Translations under genes and position numbers: made by a program
NCBI GenBank assembly: GCA_964577365.1
Contig: CAZNYP010000002.1
Location: 1 to 55,628 of the forward strand
Direction: 5' to 3'
Length of the DNA stretch: 55,628 nucleotides
Source: an uncultured Candidatus Saccharibacteria bacterium
Lineage (GTDB): Bacteria > Patescibacteriota > Minisyncoccia > Phycocordibacterales > PALSA-1337
Shown: positions 17,769-27,162 of the stretch, in pieces
Layout of the letters: each line of letters begins with the position of its first letter
Position numbering within the stretch: position 1 is the stretch's first letter
The notes under the pieces: model-generated
What the model was told of the DNA's origin: nothing
Databases searched by the model: none
What the model saw: only the letters and a program-made list of their open reading frames with translations

Positions 17769-18759
17769 GTGTATTTCGTCGCTTTTCCACATCATTTACA
17801 TATTCCATAAGCGCTGCAGAGAGCGGAACAGCGAGGATCGCACCCAAGAATCCTGCGAGCTTTGCACCGATGATGAGGGCGAGGATGACGATGATCGGAG
17901 AGATACCTACAATTTTCTTTACCACGAGTGGGTAAAAGAGATGGTTTTCAAACTGGTGGATGATGACATAGAGGATGAGGACCGATATACCGAGTGAGAC
18001 TCCCCCATCCATAAATGAGATGGCGAGTGCAGGGATCGATGCGAGGATCGGACCAAAGACTGGAATGATCTCAAAGAGTGCTGCGAGCGTCGCGAGGAGG
18101 AGTGCATGTCGCACACCGATGATGGTGAGGCCGAGGTACACGAGAACTCCCACGATAAAAGCGAGTACGAGCTGCCCTTGCATCCAGTACCCCATTTTTG
18201 CCTGAGAACGTCTCCATAGATCGATGATATATTCCTGTTTGCTATCGGGTGTGATGATACGGAGAAAATTCCCCACTCCATCCTCTTGTACTGCGAGATA
18301 AAACGAGAGCACGATCATCAAAACAAGACTGAGTACTCCACCGAATACGAGACTCACCGTCTTAAAGGTTCCCTCTCCAGTACCGGTGATCACGCTACTG
18401 ATGTCTGATACGAATTCTTTTAGTGGGAAACTTTTTTCAGACGTACTATCAGTACCCCAGAGATCACTCACACTGATGCTTTCAGGTAAATTGTTGAGAT
18501 ACCCCACTGTCTCGCTCAAGAGTGATGGGATAAAAAACAGGAAAAAGCCCGCGAGGAGTGATCCGATCGCGATATAGGTCACGAGCACTCCTGGTAGGCG
18601 CTTTATCTTGTACTGGTCAAACCACTTGATGATAGGTTCGACTGACGAGGCGATGACAATAGCTGCGAGTACCACGAGGATCACATCCCTGATGTAGTAG
18701 AGAGCAACAAAGAGACCCGATATGAGGATGACGCGTACGATACTTCCAGTGGTGATCAT
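17761..18759 (-). CDS. AI-2E/PerM family membrane transporter
   Basis: 332 aa, about 8 TM helices, with the conserved IPVFGPILASIPA segment typical of UPF0118/AI-2E. Confidence 0.85.
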   Translation of the reverse strand: MITTGSIVRVILISGLFVALYYIRDVILVVLAAIVIASSVEPIIKWFDQYKIKRLPGVLVTYIAIGSLLAGFFLFFIPSLLSETVGYLNNLPESISVSDLWGTDSTSEKSFPLKEFVSDISSVITGTGEGTFKTVSLVFGGVLSLVLMIVLSFYLAVQEDGVGNFLRIITPDSKQEYIIDLWRRSQAKMGYWMQGQLVLAFIVGVLVYLGLTIIGVRHALLLATLAALFEIIPVFGPILASIPALAISFMDGGVSLGISVLILYVIIHQFENHLFYPLVVKKIVGISPIIVILALIIGAKLAGFLGAILAVPLSAALMEYVNDVEKRRNTHV

Positions 18760-18777
18760 ACCTCAATCCTACCACAT

Positions 18778-20040
18778 TTATATTTTCAATAAAGGAAGGA
18801 GTGTTTCAGACTGATACCCCTTACCTACAATAGCTAGGTTTAGGTTTTTTTCTATAAAAATCTCCTGGGCTACTTTTCTGATATCCTCGGCTGTGATCGC
18901 ACGGATCTTTTTCTCCATATCTGCAAATGTATCGATTTTCCCTTTCAAAATTTCCTGAATCACAATAAATTCTGCCTGGGCATCAGAACTCTCGAGTGAG
19001 AGTGAAGTAGAGCCAATGATATTGTTTTTGGTTCGTTCGAGCTCCTCATCTGATACCAGGTCTGTCTTTAGTTTTCTGCATTCTTCGAGAAGTACCGTGA
19101 TCACTTCATTGAGGCGCTTGCTATCGACTCCCGCAGAGATCGCAAAAACTCCGTGGTCAGTATACGTATCTTGGGCAGCATGCACATAGTATCCCACCCC
19201 CATCTCTTCGCGGAGTTTCATAAAGAGGCGTGAGCTCATGCCAGCACTCAAAATACCTGCGAGCATTTGGATCGCGGTGCTTTCTCGAGTCGCTCCAAAA
19301 CTTCTGAATCCAAGAACGAGATGTGTCTGGTCGGTATCTTTTCCAAAAATTTTAAGGGCTGGAGTGGTCTGTGTCTCTACGACTGGTTCTTTTGTCGAGC
19401 GCACCTTGCTCGGTACATTTCCAAAAAGTTTTTCCACTTTTTCTACCGCTGCATCATCAAACTTTCCTGAGATAACGACGATCGCGTGTGCCGGGGTGTA
19501 TTTTTGAGCAAAATAGTTTACAAAATTGTCCCGGTTAAATGAACTGACCGTAGCCTCAGTACCGATGATGTGACGACCTGCGGGCGTATCCCCATATAGC
19601 AAATCAGAAAAGACATACTGGATATTTCGCTGAGGTACATCACGAATCATGCGCATTTCTTCGATGATGACTCCCTTTTCCTTTTCTATTTCCCTTGCAT
19701 CAAATAACGGGTTTAGATAAATATCCGAGACCACGTCGATCGCTGTGTTGAGGAATTCTGGAGCGACTTTTGCATAATACCCAGTATATTCATGACTCGT
19801 AAATGCATTGTAGTGCGCACCGATACTATCGAGCTCTTTGGTGATGTGAAATGAAGTTGGGCGATTTTTTGTGCCCTTAAAGACCATGTGCTCGAGAAAG
19901 TGTGCGAGACCCCCCTCCTCTTTTTTCTCAAACTTTGACCCTGTATCAGACATGACCATAAAGGTCGTCGACGCAGCGTCTTTGACAGGTATAGTGACGA
20001 TGCGGAGGCCGTTAGGCAATACTTTTTTTGAGTAGTTCAT
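18778..20040 (-). CDS. M16 (pitrilysin) family zinc peptidase
   Basis: 420 aa with the inverted zinc motif HFLEHMVFKGT (HxxEH). Confidence 0.9.
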   Translation of the reverse strand: MNYSKKVLPNGLRIVTIPVKDAASTTFMVMSDTGSKFEKKEEGGLAHFLEHMVFKGTKNRPTSFHITKELDSIGAHYNAFTSHEYTGYYAKVAPEFLNTAIDVVSDIYLNPLFDAREIEKEKGVIIEEMRMIRDVPQRNIQYVFSDLLYGDTPAGRHIIGTEATVSSFNRDNFVNYFAQKYTPAHAIVVISGKFDDAAVEKVEKLFGNVPSKVRSTKEPVVETQTTPALKIFGKDTDQTHLVLGFRSFGATRESTAIQMLAGILSAGMSSRLFMKLREEMGVGYYVHAAQDTYTDHGVFAISAGVDSKRLNEVITVLLEECRKLKTDLVSDEELERTKNNIIGSTSLSLESSDAQAEFIVIQEILKGKIDTFADMEKKIRAITAEDIRKVAQEIFIEKNLNLAIVGKGYQSETLLPLLKI

Positions 20041-21280
20041 GTAGTTCTGTTATGGTTACGCGTTTTTGCTCACCAGTGTCTCGATCGCGCACGGTCACGG
20101 TACCATCCTTTTCGATCGTATCAAAGTCGATCGTCACGCAGTATGGAGTACCTACTTCGTCTTGTCGGCGATATCGTTTACCGATATTTCCATTGTCGTC
20201 GAAAACGACGCCCGGGATAATTGATTTCAATTCTTTGTATACCTCACGTGCTTTTTCGACGAGGAGCGGCTTGTTTTTGAGGAGTGGGAAAACAGCTACT
20301 TTTACTGGAGCGACTTTTGGGGCAAATTTTAGATATGTGCGGAGCTCTCCACCCAACATGTCTTCGGTATATGCATCACAAAGAATAGCGAGCATGAGTC
20401 TGCCGAGACCAAATGTAGGTTCGATACAGTGTGGTATATAACGAGATTTTGTTTCTTCGTCGAAATATGAGAGATCGACACCCGATGCAGTGCTGTGGTT
20501 TCTCAAATCAAAATCAGTACGATATGCGAGACCGAGGAGCTCCTTTTGACCCATTGGAAAGTCAAACTCAGTATCGACACTGTGTTTCGAATAGTGCGCA
20601 CGATCCTCTGGTGCGATGTCTACCTGGTGGATATGATCTTTGTTCAGGCCAAGTTCGAGGAGAAAATCTACCTGTTCTTTTTGGAATGCTTTAAATACCT
20701 CTTCCCATGCATCTGGTTTTACAAAGTATTCGATCTCCATCTGCTCGAGCTCGCGGACACGGAAAAGAAAGTCTCGGGGTGCGATCTCGTTTCGAAATGC
20801 CTTACCGATCTGTGCCATACCAAACGGGAGTTTTGGATGAAACGAGTCGAGTACATTTTTAAAGTTTACAAACATACCCTGCGCTGTTTCTGGGCGGAGA
20901 TATATACCGTTTGCTTCGTACATCATGTTGAACTGCTTTTCTTCGCCGAGCTCTCCCCCACATTCTGGACATTTCTTTTTATTTTCGAGATGATCTGCAC
21001 GGAATCTCTTTTTACATTTTTTACATTCAACGAGTGGGTCGGTAAATCCATCGACGTGACCTGAGGCTTTCCAAACTGATGGATTCATGAGGATAGAGGC
21101 GTCCATACCGTACATGTCCTCTCGATCAGTTACAAAGCGTTTCCACCAGATATTTTCGATATTTTTCTTGAGGAGTACTCCGAGAGGTCCATAGTCAAAC
21201 GTACCAGCGAGACCGCCATAGATTTCGGATCCTTGGTATATAAAACCTCTTTGTTTTGCGAGTGATATGATTTTTTCCAT
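20012..21280 (-). CDS. glyQS: glycine--tRNA ligase (class II, homodimeric type)
   Basis: GFIYQGSEIYGGLAGTFDYGPLG N-terminus, CKKCKKRFRADH...CPECG zinc ribbon, FRNEIAPR motif 2. Confidence 0.95.
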   Translation of the reverse strand: MEKIISLAKQRGFIYQGSEIYGGLAGTFDYGPLGVLLKKNIENIWWKRFVTDREDMYGMDASILMNPSVWKASGHVDGFTDPLVECKKCKKRFRADHLENKKKCPECGGELGEEKQFNMMYEANGIYLRPETAQGMFVNFKNVLDSFHPKLPFGMAQIGKAFRNEIAPRDFLFRVRELEQMEIEYFVKPDAWEEVFKAFQKEQVDFLLELGLNKDHIHQVDIAPEDRAHYSKHSVDTEFDFPMGQKELLGLAYRTDFDLRNHSTASGVDLSYFDEETKSRYIPHCIEPTFGLGRLMLAILCDAYTEDMLGGELRTYLKFAPKVAPVKVAVFPLLKNKPLLVEKAREVYKELKSIIPGVVFDDNGNIGKRYRRQDEVGTPYCVTIDFDTIEKDGTVTVRDRDTGEQKRVTITELHELLKKSIA

Positions 21281-23190
21281 TATGGTGCGATTATTTCGTC
21301 CCCACTTTTAAACTGTGGGTCGTTGCTGAATCGAGTCGTGAGCTCGCGTCGGGTAGATTCTAGCTTTGCTCCAGTGAATATGTCAACTGCAGAGAACGAT
21401 GTCTCACCGACGAGCTCGACGAGACTGCGACCAACCTGGTTCACACTCGGTTCAAAAGAGATCTGAAAGGCGACTTCGCGTCGTACGTTTCCAAAACCTG
21501 TGTATGCTGGTATATCCCCCGCTTTCCAGGTAACTTCGCCATTTTTCTGATTGTAGGCAATGTCTTCACCAGTAGGACTGACTTTGCTCACCCATTTTAC
21601 GTATGGAGGAAGAATGGCCTTGACCTCGGCATTTGATATAGCGCTCGACGTGTTTGCGATAGTCCAGACGACCGTGTATGTGGTCTGCTGCTCGGCGCGT
21701 GGCGGTACAGGTCCAGTGTTTTCAAACGGACCAGTCGAGCGTACGATCTGGGCAGAGAGTCCTGCACTCGATGCGATGCGCACGGTGCGTACTGCACTCG
21801 AAGTGAGGCTCTCCGGTACATTTTGTTCTGCGATGCGGCGAGCTTTTACGTCGACATTTATAGTCATTGTCGGATTTGTAGCAGCTGCTTTTGATCGAGG
21901 GGTAAAGCTAAATGTAACGCTACCGCTTTCCCCTGGAGCGATACTGCGGAGTTCGGGTGTCGTCTGGGTATTCCAGATGATCTCATTGTCTGCTGATCTG
22001 AAAAGTCCTTCTTCTGGCTCAACAGAATTTTTATCAAAAACAATTCCAGAAAACTTTACGCGGATCTCAGCATCAGTCACGGCTACAGGCAGGTTGTTGT
22101 ACCACTGCACCTCGACCGGCACATTCGCATCATACTGTGAGACATAGTCACTCGTATCAGAGTTGCCCTGGAGGACGAGTTTTGTACTGAGGAATGGTTT
22201 GCGGATACGTACTGACTGTGACGATGAGACGAACTCGGTAGCGATCGTGCGTTCATCCTTTAGACTCTGCAAACCTGTCGCAAAACGAAATACGCGCTCT
22301 TCATCATCCTGTCCTTCGATGCGGCCACGAATTTTTATAATCTTTTTTTCCTGAGGTTTTAGATCGCCGAGTTTCCACGTACCGTTGTCACCTAGTGGTT
22401 TTACATCAGAACCCGTAAAGGTAAATCCAAATGGATAGTAGACTTTGAGGAGCATGTCCTTGAGTACCTGATTTGAATTTGAAGAAACCTGAATATTGAA
22501 CTCCATCTCCTGGTTTGACTGGATTTCTTTGTACGAATTCACTGCGAGCGAGACAGGTGCAGCACTGATGAGTACTTCGTATGGTTTTTCTTTGTAGTAT
22601 CGCGCATTTGATCCTTTGATACGATAGTCTACCTTTATCATGATGGTCTTTTTACTATTCTCTTCACCGTAAAGGATGGTACGGACGGTCTTTTGTGCAA
22701 AAGAACCCGGCTCGATGTTTGGCAAAATCTCTTGGAATCGCGGGTATTCAGAGCCAGTGTCTGGATGCACGGTACCTCCTGGGAATTCGATCGTCATATC
22801 TACGACCTCGAGTGTGATGTTGTTTTTATTGTATACCTGTATATCAAAAGGAAATTCCTCCCCTGCTCCGACTGACAAAGGACCGGTCACTGAGATATCT
22901 ATATTTTCTGCAGACACGATATTTGCACCTTTGAACAAAAGAAAAAGACCGATACCTGATGCAAGTATGAAAAATACGAGAGAACCGATAAAGAATTTTG
23001 TAAAAAATGACATACGATCGTCTGTGTATTCGATAGACTGTTCGGTCAAGCGCTCCTCAGGGTGCACCCAGTCGGTAGGTACATCCTGGGTCTCTTTCGA
23101 GAGCACCCCTGCCTTGTGATGAGCGATATTGGGCGCCGAGCGTGAATAGAGGCCTTTTTGGAGCTTTGAGAGCTTGCTTTCTTCGTTCAT
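21280..23190 (-). CDS. large hypothetical envelope protein (one N-terminal TM helix, repeated beta-sandwich-like ectodomains)
   Basis: 636 aa. TM segment FFTKFFIGSLVFFILASGIGLFLLF, then beta-rich repeats. Its stop overlaps the glyQS start (TAATG). ATG is preceded by TGATATAAT + 7 nt. Confidence 0.8.
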   Translation of the reverse strand: MNEESKLSKLQKGLYSRSAPNIAHHKAGVLSKETQDVPTDWVHPEERLTEQSIEYTDDRMSFFTKFFIGSLVFFILASGIGLFLLFKGANIVSAENIDISVTGPLSVGAGEEFPFDIQVYNKNNITLEVVDMTIEFPGGTVHPDTGSEYPRFQEILPNIEPGSFAQKTVRTILYGEENSKKTIMIKVDYRIKGSNARYYKEKPYEVLISAAPVSLAVNSYKEIQSNQEMEFNIQVSSNSNQVLKDMLLKVYYPFGFTFTGSDVKPLGDNGTWKLGDLKPQEKKIIKIRGRIEGQDDEERVFRFATGLQSLKDERTIATEFVSSSQSVRIRKPFLSTKLVLQGNSDTSDYVSQYDANVPVEVQWYNNLPVAVTDAEIRVKFSGIVFDKNSVEPEEGLFRSADNEIIWNTQTTPELRSIAPGESGSVTFSFTPRSKAAATNPTMTINVDVKARRIAEQNVPESLTSSAVRTVRIASSAGLSAQIVRSTGPFENTGPVPPRAEQQTTYTVVWTIANTSSAISNAEVKAILPPYVKWVSKVSPTGEDIAYNQKNGEVTWKAGDIPAYTGFGNVRREVAFQISFEPSVNQVGRSLVELVGETSFSAVDIFTGAKLESTRRELTTRFSNDPQFKSGDEIIAP

Positions 23191-23203
23191 TCGATAAATT
23201 ATA

Positions 23204-23686
23204 TCACAATTGGCTCGCCTTTAGACCTTGGTTAATGAGGTGAATTATTTTCTGTTTATCTGCGTTTACAACTTCTTTTTCATCGATATACCCGAGCTCA
23301 ATCAGAATTTTTGTCATTATTTCTGTCTCATCTATATCATTAAATAGTTTTTCTTTTAGAAAATCAAAAAGTGTAACATGCTCCCCTTCCCCTTGTAGCA
23401 GACGCTTGAGGATTGAGAGTATTTGGACATAGAGCGGGTGTCGACTGGTCTGCAGTGCCTGAGCACTGGTGAGACGCCAAAACTCTTTTCCTTTGACCAA
23501 AGAAATTGATGCTAAAGAAAACTCAGTGAGGTGTCCTCGTAGTTTTGATTTTGCGAGTCGTACCCCCTGAGCAGTCGCATAGATCACACCGAACTCTCTC
23601 GTAAAAATACAGTACAATCTATTTGCCTCACCATGTGGAGAGGTAGACAAAATAAACCCTTCAGTCGTGTAGACTGTATAGGACAT
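23204..23686 (-). CDS. recO: DNA repair protein RecO (short form, OB-fold plus helical part, no zinc finger)
   Basis: 160 aa; N-terminal TEGFILSTSPHGEANRLYCIFTREFGVIYATAQGVR resembles the RecO OB fold. Confidence 0.6.
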   Translation of the reverse strand: MSYTVYTTEGFILSTSPHGEANRLYCIFTREFGVIYATAQGVRLAKSKLRGHLTEFSLASISLVKGKEFWRLTSAQALQTSRHPLYVQILSILKRLLQGEGEHVTLFDFLKEKLFNDIDETEIMTKILIELGYIDEKEVVNADKQKIIHLINQGLKASQL

Positions 23687-26600
23687 TAGCGTACGATAGT
23701 TATGATATACGTTTCGAGATCGTGGGGCGTGTAGGTCACGTCTTTTATCTGCGCGATCTTGGTGAGTGTTGCGCGATGTGCTTCGATAATCGTCTGCAGA
23801 GATTGGTTCGCAGTGACTGCAAGCGAGACCACCTCGCCCACAGACAGCCCCGCTTCTTTTCGGGCCTCCTGTACATCCCGGAGAAATTCGCGAAAGTCTC
23901 CCTCCTGTTTTAGATCTTCAGTCACAGTGGTATCGAGGAGGATCTCTCCTTCGAGATTTTTAGAGACCATGATCTGTTTTACATTTACCTCTGCCATGAT
24001 GAGTGGAATGAGATCTGCAGCAATGTCTTCATGGATATTGAGGGTGTAGAGTGGCTGACGAACTTTTATGCCTGCCTTTGCACGCGCCTCGAGACCGAGA
24101 GTGACGATGTCGCGCACCTTCTGCATATCGGTGAGAACTTTTTCATGTATCTTTTTACTCTCTGGCCATGACTGCATGTGGACACTGTCGATATTGCCGA
24201 GTCGCATATACATATCCTCGGCAAAAAATGGCATAAATGGAGCAATCACTTTTGCAAACTCACTGAGAACGGTGCGTGTAGTCGATACCGCTTGCATATC
24301 ACCATCCTTGAAACGATCACGTGAGCGACGGAGATACCAGGTCGACAGATCGTCGACAAAGTCATTTATCGGACGAGTGGCAGTGTGGAGCTCGTATTTT
24401 TCCATACCCTTTGTGATCTCGGTTATAGTTTGATTGAGACGCTCGAGTATCCAGAGGTCGAGAGGATCAGTCGAGACGACATGTCCATCTTTTTTATACA
24501 TTTCATAGAATGAGACGACATTGTCGAGGCGATTGATCACTTTTTTCACTACTTCATCGACGCCTTTTTCTGAGAAACGCACATCCTCCCCTGCCATCGC
24601 TGGTGAAAGGAGCATGAAATATCGCACCGCATCTGCACCATATTTGTTCGCAACATCCATGAGATCTGGATAGTTTTGCAATCGCTTAGACATCTTGCGC
24701 CCGTCTTCAGCGAGGACGAGTCCGTTTACAATGACGTTTTGATACGGAGATTCTCCAAATAATGCAGTCCCGAGTACGAGCATAGAGTAAAACCATCCTC
24801 GAGTCTGGTCGAGTCCTTCGGCGATGAACTGTGCCGGGTATCCTTTTATTTTTCCAAACCACTTTGGACGCACTGACTGTGAAGCAAATGGCATCGATCC
24901 TGACTCGAACCAACAATCAAAGACTTCTGGAACACGTCGCATCTCATTCCCTTTTGAGTCGTGGAGGATCACCTCGTCGATATATGGACGATGAAAGTCG
25001 ATCATGTACTCGCGGTTTCGCGGAAGCTGAGTAAAGTGGAGTGCACGTATCTCGGCATTTTCAAATAAAGCCTCCTCGCAGTCATCGTCTTTTCCTTTTG
25101 ATAACGATTGAAGGATCTTTAGCGGAGTATTGTGACTGATAACGAGGATATTTTTTTCTGTATACTTTTTATCTATTTCATATATAAAAGCACCGACACG
25201 CTTTCGCACTTCAGACAGCGTCTCGAGCCCAGCTATTTTTCGTTCAAACCACTCTTTGCGATCGCTGTACATATTTAAAATATCTGACCATGATTTGCCA
25301 TCAAAGCTCATTGCCCCTACCTCCACGAGACGAGTATCCTCGATCACCTGTTCTGGTTTCAGGCCTAGCGTCTCTGCCACTATTTTTGCAGTTTCTTTTG
25401 TGCGGAAAAACGGAGAGATGTAGACGACATCAATCTTTTTATCTTTGAGTGCTTCGGCTGATTTGTGGACTTGTTTTTTCCCCTCCTCAGTCAGTCCTTC
25501 TTTTTTATTTACATCTGCACTGATGAGATTGTTTTTATTACTTTCGATCTCACCGTGACGCATAACAAAAATATTGTTGCGTGGCTTGCATGCATTTTTA
25601 ATATCAGAAAGTGAGGCAATGATCTTTGTCTCTGTCTTACTCTTCCAGACCGGTAGTGGTGCTCCCCAGTATCGACTGCGAGAGATCGCCCAGTCACGTG
25701 CTCCTTCGAGCCAGTTTCCAAAACGATTTTTTCCCACTGATTCGGGCACCCAGTTTACCTTTTTATTTTCTGAGACAAGTTTGTTTTTAAAATCAGGTAC
25801 TTTTACAAACCATGACGAAGACGCATAGTTTAAAAGCGGTGTGTCACAACGCCAACAATGCGGATACGAGTGGACCAATTTTTCTTTTGCAAATAGAGTC
25901 CCTTTACCTGCGAGATATTTGATCACCTCGACATCGGTGCGCTGATGATCATCCTTTGGTTTTGCATCGAGTCCTTCAAACGGCGCTGTAGTCATTTTTC
26001 CGTCTGGGGTGACGTGCTGGATGAATTTGAGATCGTGTTTTTTGCCGAGCTCGTAGTCGTCTTGTCCAAATGCTGGAGCAATGTGGACGATACCCGTACC
26101 GTCAGTAGTCGTTACAAAATCGGCGGGATATACTTTTCCCTCTTTTATAAATGCATCGAATACAGGCACGTAGGTTTTACCGACGAGATTTTTTCCAAGT
26201 ATTTCTTTTTCTACAGTGTATTCTTCTTTTATGACCGAGAGTCGATCTTTTGCGAGGATATATGACGCATCTCGTATTTTTATTTGTACATAGGTGATAT
26301 CGGCGCCTACTGCGAGTGCAGCGTTCCCCTGGAGTGTCCATGGAGTCGTCGTCCATGCGAGGAGGAATAGATGTGGTTCGATTTGGAATTTTACATACAC
26401 CGAAATATCAGTGATGTCTTTGTATCCCTGATTTACTTCAAAGTTTGAAAGTGTCGTACCGCACCGAGGGCAGAGCTGCATACTCTTGTACCCTTCGTAA
26501 ACGAGACCTTTATCATGTAGTGTTTTAAACGCCCACCAGACCGACTCGGTATATGATGAGTCCATGGTCTTGTAGCTATTATCCATATCAGCCCAGCGAC

Positions 26601-27000
26601 CAAAACGTGGGATGACTTCTTTCCAAATATGTTCATACCGGAGCACTGCCTCGCGCGCAGCTTCGTTGAATTTCTCTATACCCAGGTCCTCGATGTCTTT
26701 CTTCGTCTTGAGACCGAGCTCTTTTTCGATAAGGTTTTCAAGTGGTAGTCCGTGACAGTCCCATCCCCATCGTCGTGGAACATGATACCCCTGCATCGTT
26801 TTGTAGCGAGGGATCGCATCCTTTATCGTTCCTGGCAAAATATGTCCGTAGTGCGGTGTACCGGTAGCAAACGGTGGTCCATCATAAAATACAAACTCGC
26901 CTTTTGGTGAGGCTTTCTGTAGGGTCTTTTCAAATGTTTTATCCTGCTTCCAGTAGTTGAGTATTCGCTCTTCTCTCTCAGCATGAGGGGACTTGTCCAT
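23686..27000 (-). CDS. ileS: isoleucine--tRNA ligase carrying an inserted histidine-phosphatase domain
   Basis: PPFATGTPHYGHIL (HIGH), TTTPWTLQGN editing motif, WAISRSRYWGAPLP, FDCWFESGSMPFA, KMSKRL. ATG 27000 is preceded by TGATATATT + 7 nt; the track ORF is extended to GTG 27057 through a terminator hairpin. Confidence 0.95.
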   Translation of the reverse strand: MDKSPHAEREERILNYWKQDKTFEKTLQKASPKGEFVFYDGPPFATGTPHYGHILPGTIKDAIPRYKTMQGYHVPRRWGWDCHGLPLENLIEKELGLKTKKDIEDLGIEKFNEAAREAVLRYEHIWKEVIPRFGRWADMDNSYKTMDSSYTESVWWAFKTLHDKGLVYEGYKSMQLCPRCGTTLSNFEVNQGYKDITDISVYVKFQIEPHLFLLAWTTTPWTLQGNAALAVGADITYVQIKIRDASYILAKDRLSVIKEEYTVEKEILGKNLVGKTYVPVFDAFIKEGKVYPADFVTTTDGTGIVHIAPAFGQDDYELGKKHDLKFIQHVTPDGKMTTAPFEGLDAKPKDDHQRTDVEVIKYLAGKGTLFAKEKLVHSYPHCWRCDTPLLNYASSSWFVKVPDFKNKLVSENKKVNWVPESVGKNRFGNWLEGARDWAISRSRYWGAPLPVWKSKTETKIIASLSDIKNACKPRNNIFVMRHGEIESNKNNLISADVNKKEGLTEEGKKQVHKSAEALKDKKIDVVYISPFFRTKETAKIVAETLGLKPEQVIEDTRLVEVGAMSFDGKSWSDILNMYSDRKEWFERKIAGLETLSEVRKRVGAFIYEIDKKYTEKNILVISHNTPLKILQSLSKGKDDDCEEALFENAEIRALHFTQLPRNREYMIDFHRPYIDEVILHDSKGNEMRRVPEVFDCWFESGSMPFASQSVRPKWFGKIKGYPAQFIAEGLDQTRGWFYSMLVLGTALFGESPYQNVIVNGLVLAEDGRKMSKRLQNYPDLMDVANKYGADAVRYFMLLSPAMAGEDVRFSEKGVDEVVKKVINRLDNVVSFYEMYKKDGHVVSTDPLDLWILERLNQTITEITKGMEKYELHTATRPINDFVDDLSTWYLRRSRDRFKDGDMQAVSTTRTVLSEFAKVIAPFMPFFAEDMYMRLGNIDSVHMQSWPESKKIHEKVLTDMQKVRDIVTLGLEARAKAGIKVRQPLYTLNIHEDIAADLIPLIMAEVNVKQIMVSKNLEGEILLDTTVTEDLKQEGDFREFLRDVQEARKEAGLSVGEVVSLAVTANQSLQTIIEAHRATLTKIAQIKDVTYTPHDLETYIITIVR

Positions 27001-27020
27001 AGCACTCAATATATCAGTTT

Positions 27021-27065
27021 TGTATAAAAAGAAAAAGGCCGGCAATGTCCGTGACACTGCCGACC
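27021..27065 (-). terminator. rho-independent terminator between argS and ileS
   Basis: Minus strand reads GGUCGGCA-13 nt-UGCCGGCC followed by UUUUUCUUUUU. Confidence 0.75.
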
Positions 27066-27162
27066 TCGAGATCTCCGTCCGTTATCTCCCAGCTCCAACC
27101 AAGGGGAGAGACACCGAACGCTGGCCCACAAGTACTCTAGCACGCTCATCCAGATCCGTCAA

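Noticed and set aside
27001-27057. N-terminal extensions in the ORF track that begin at TTG/GTG or at upstream ATGs. Affected genes: ileS, argS, glyA, rpsF, metG, rlmH, secE, ftsK, ruvX, both rluA genes, the hxlR-family gene and the 53851 gene.
   Set aside because: In each case a downstream ATG aligns with the conserved protein N-terminus and is preceded by a -10 box at 6-7 nt or by an overlapping stop/start junction. The extensions cross terminators or neighbouring genes.
27001-27162. T-box or other attenuator riboswitch controlling ileS, suggested by a terminator hairpin just upstream of the start codon and a GA-rich 5' segment with an AUC triplet.
   Set aside because: Between the terminator U-tract and the ATG there is a complete TGATATATT -10 box at the standard 7-nt distance, as for about 20 other genes, so ileS most likely has its own leaderless promoter. 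I also could not find a convincing T-box consensus (..GGGUGGUACCGCG..) or an antiterminator alternative pairing. The hairpin is better read as the argS terminator.
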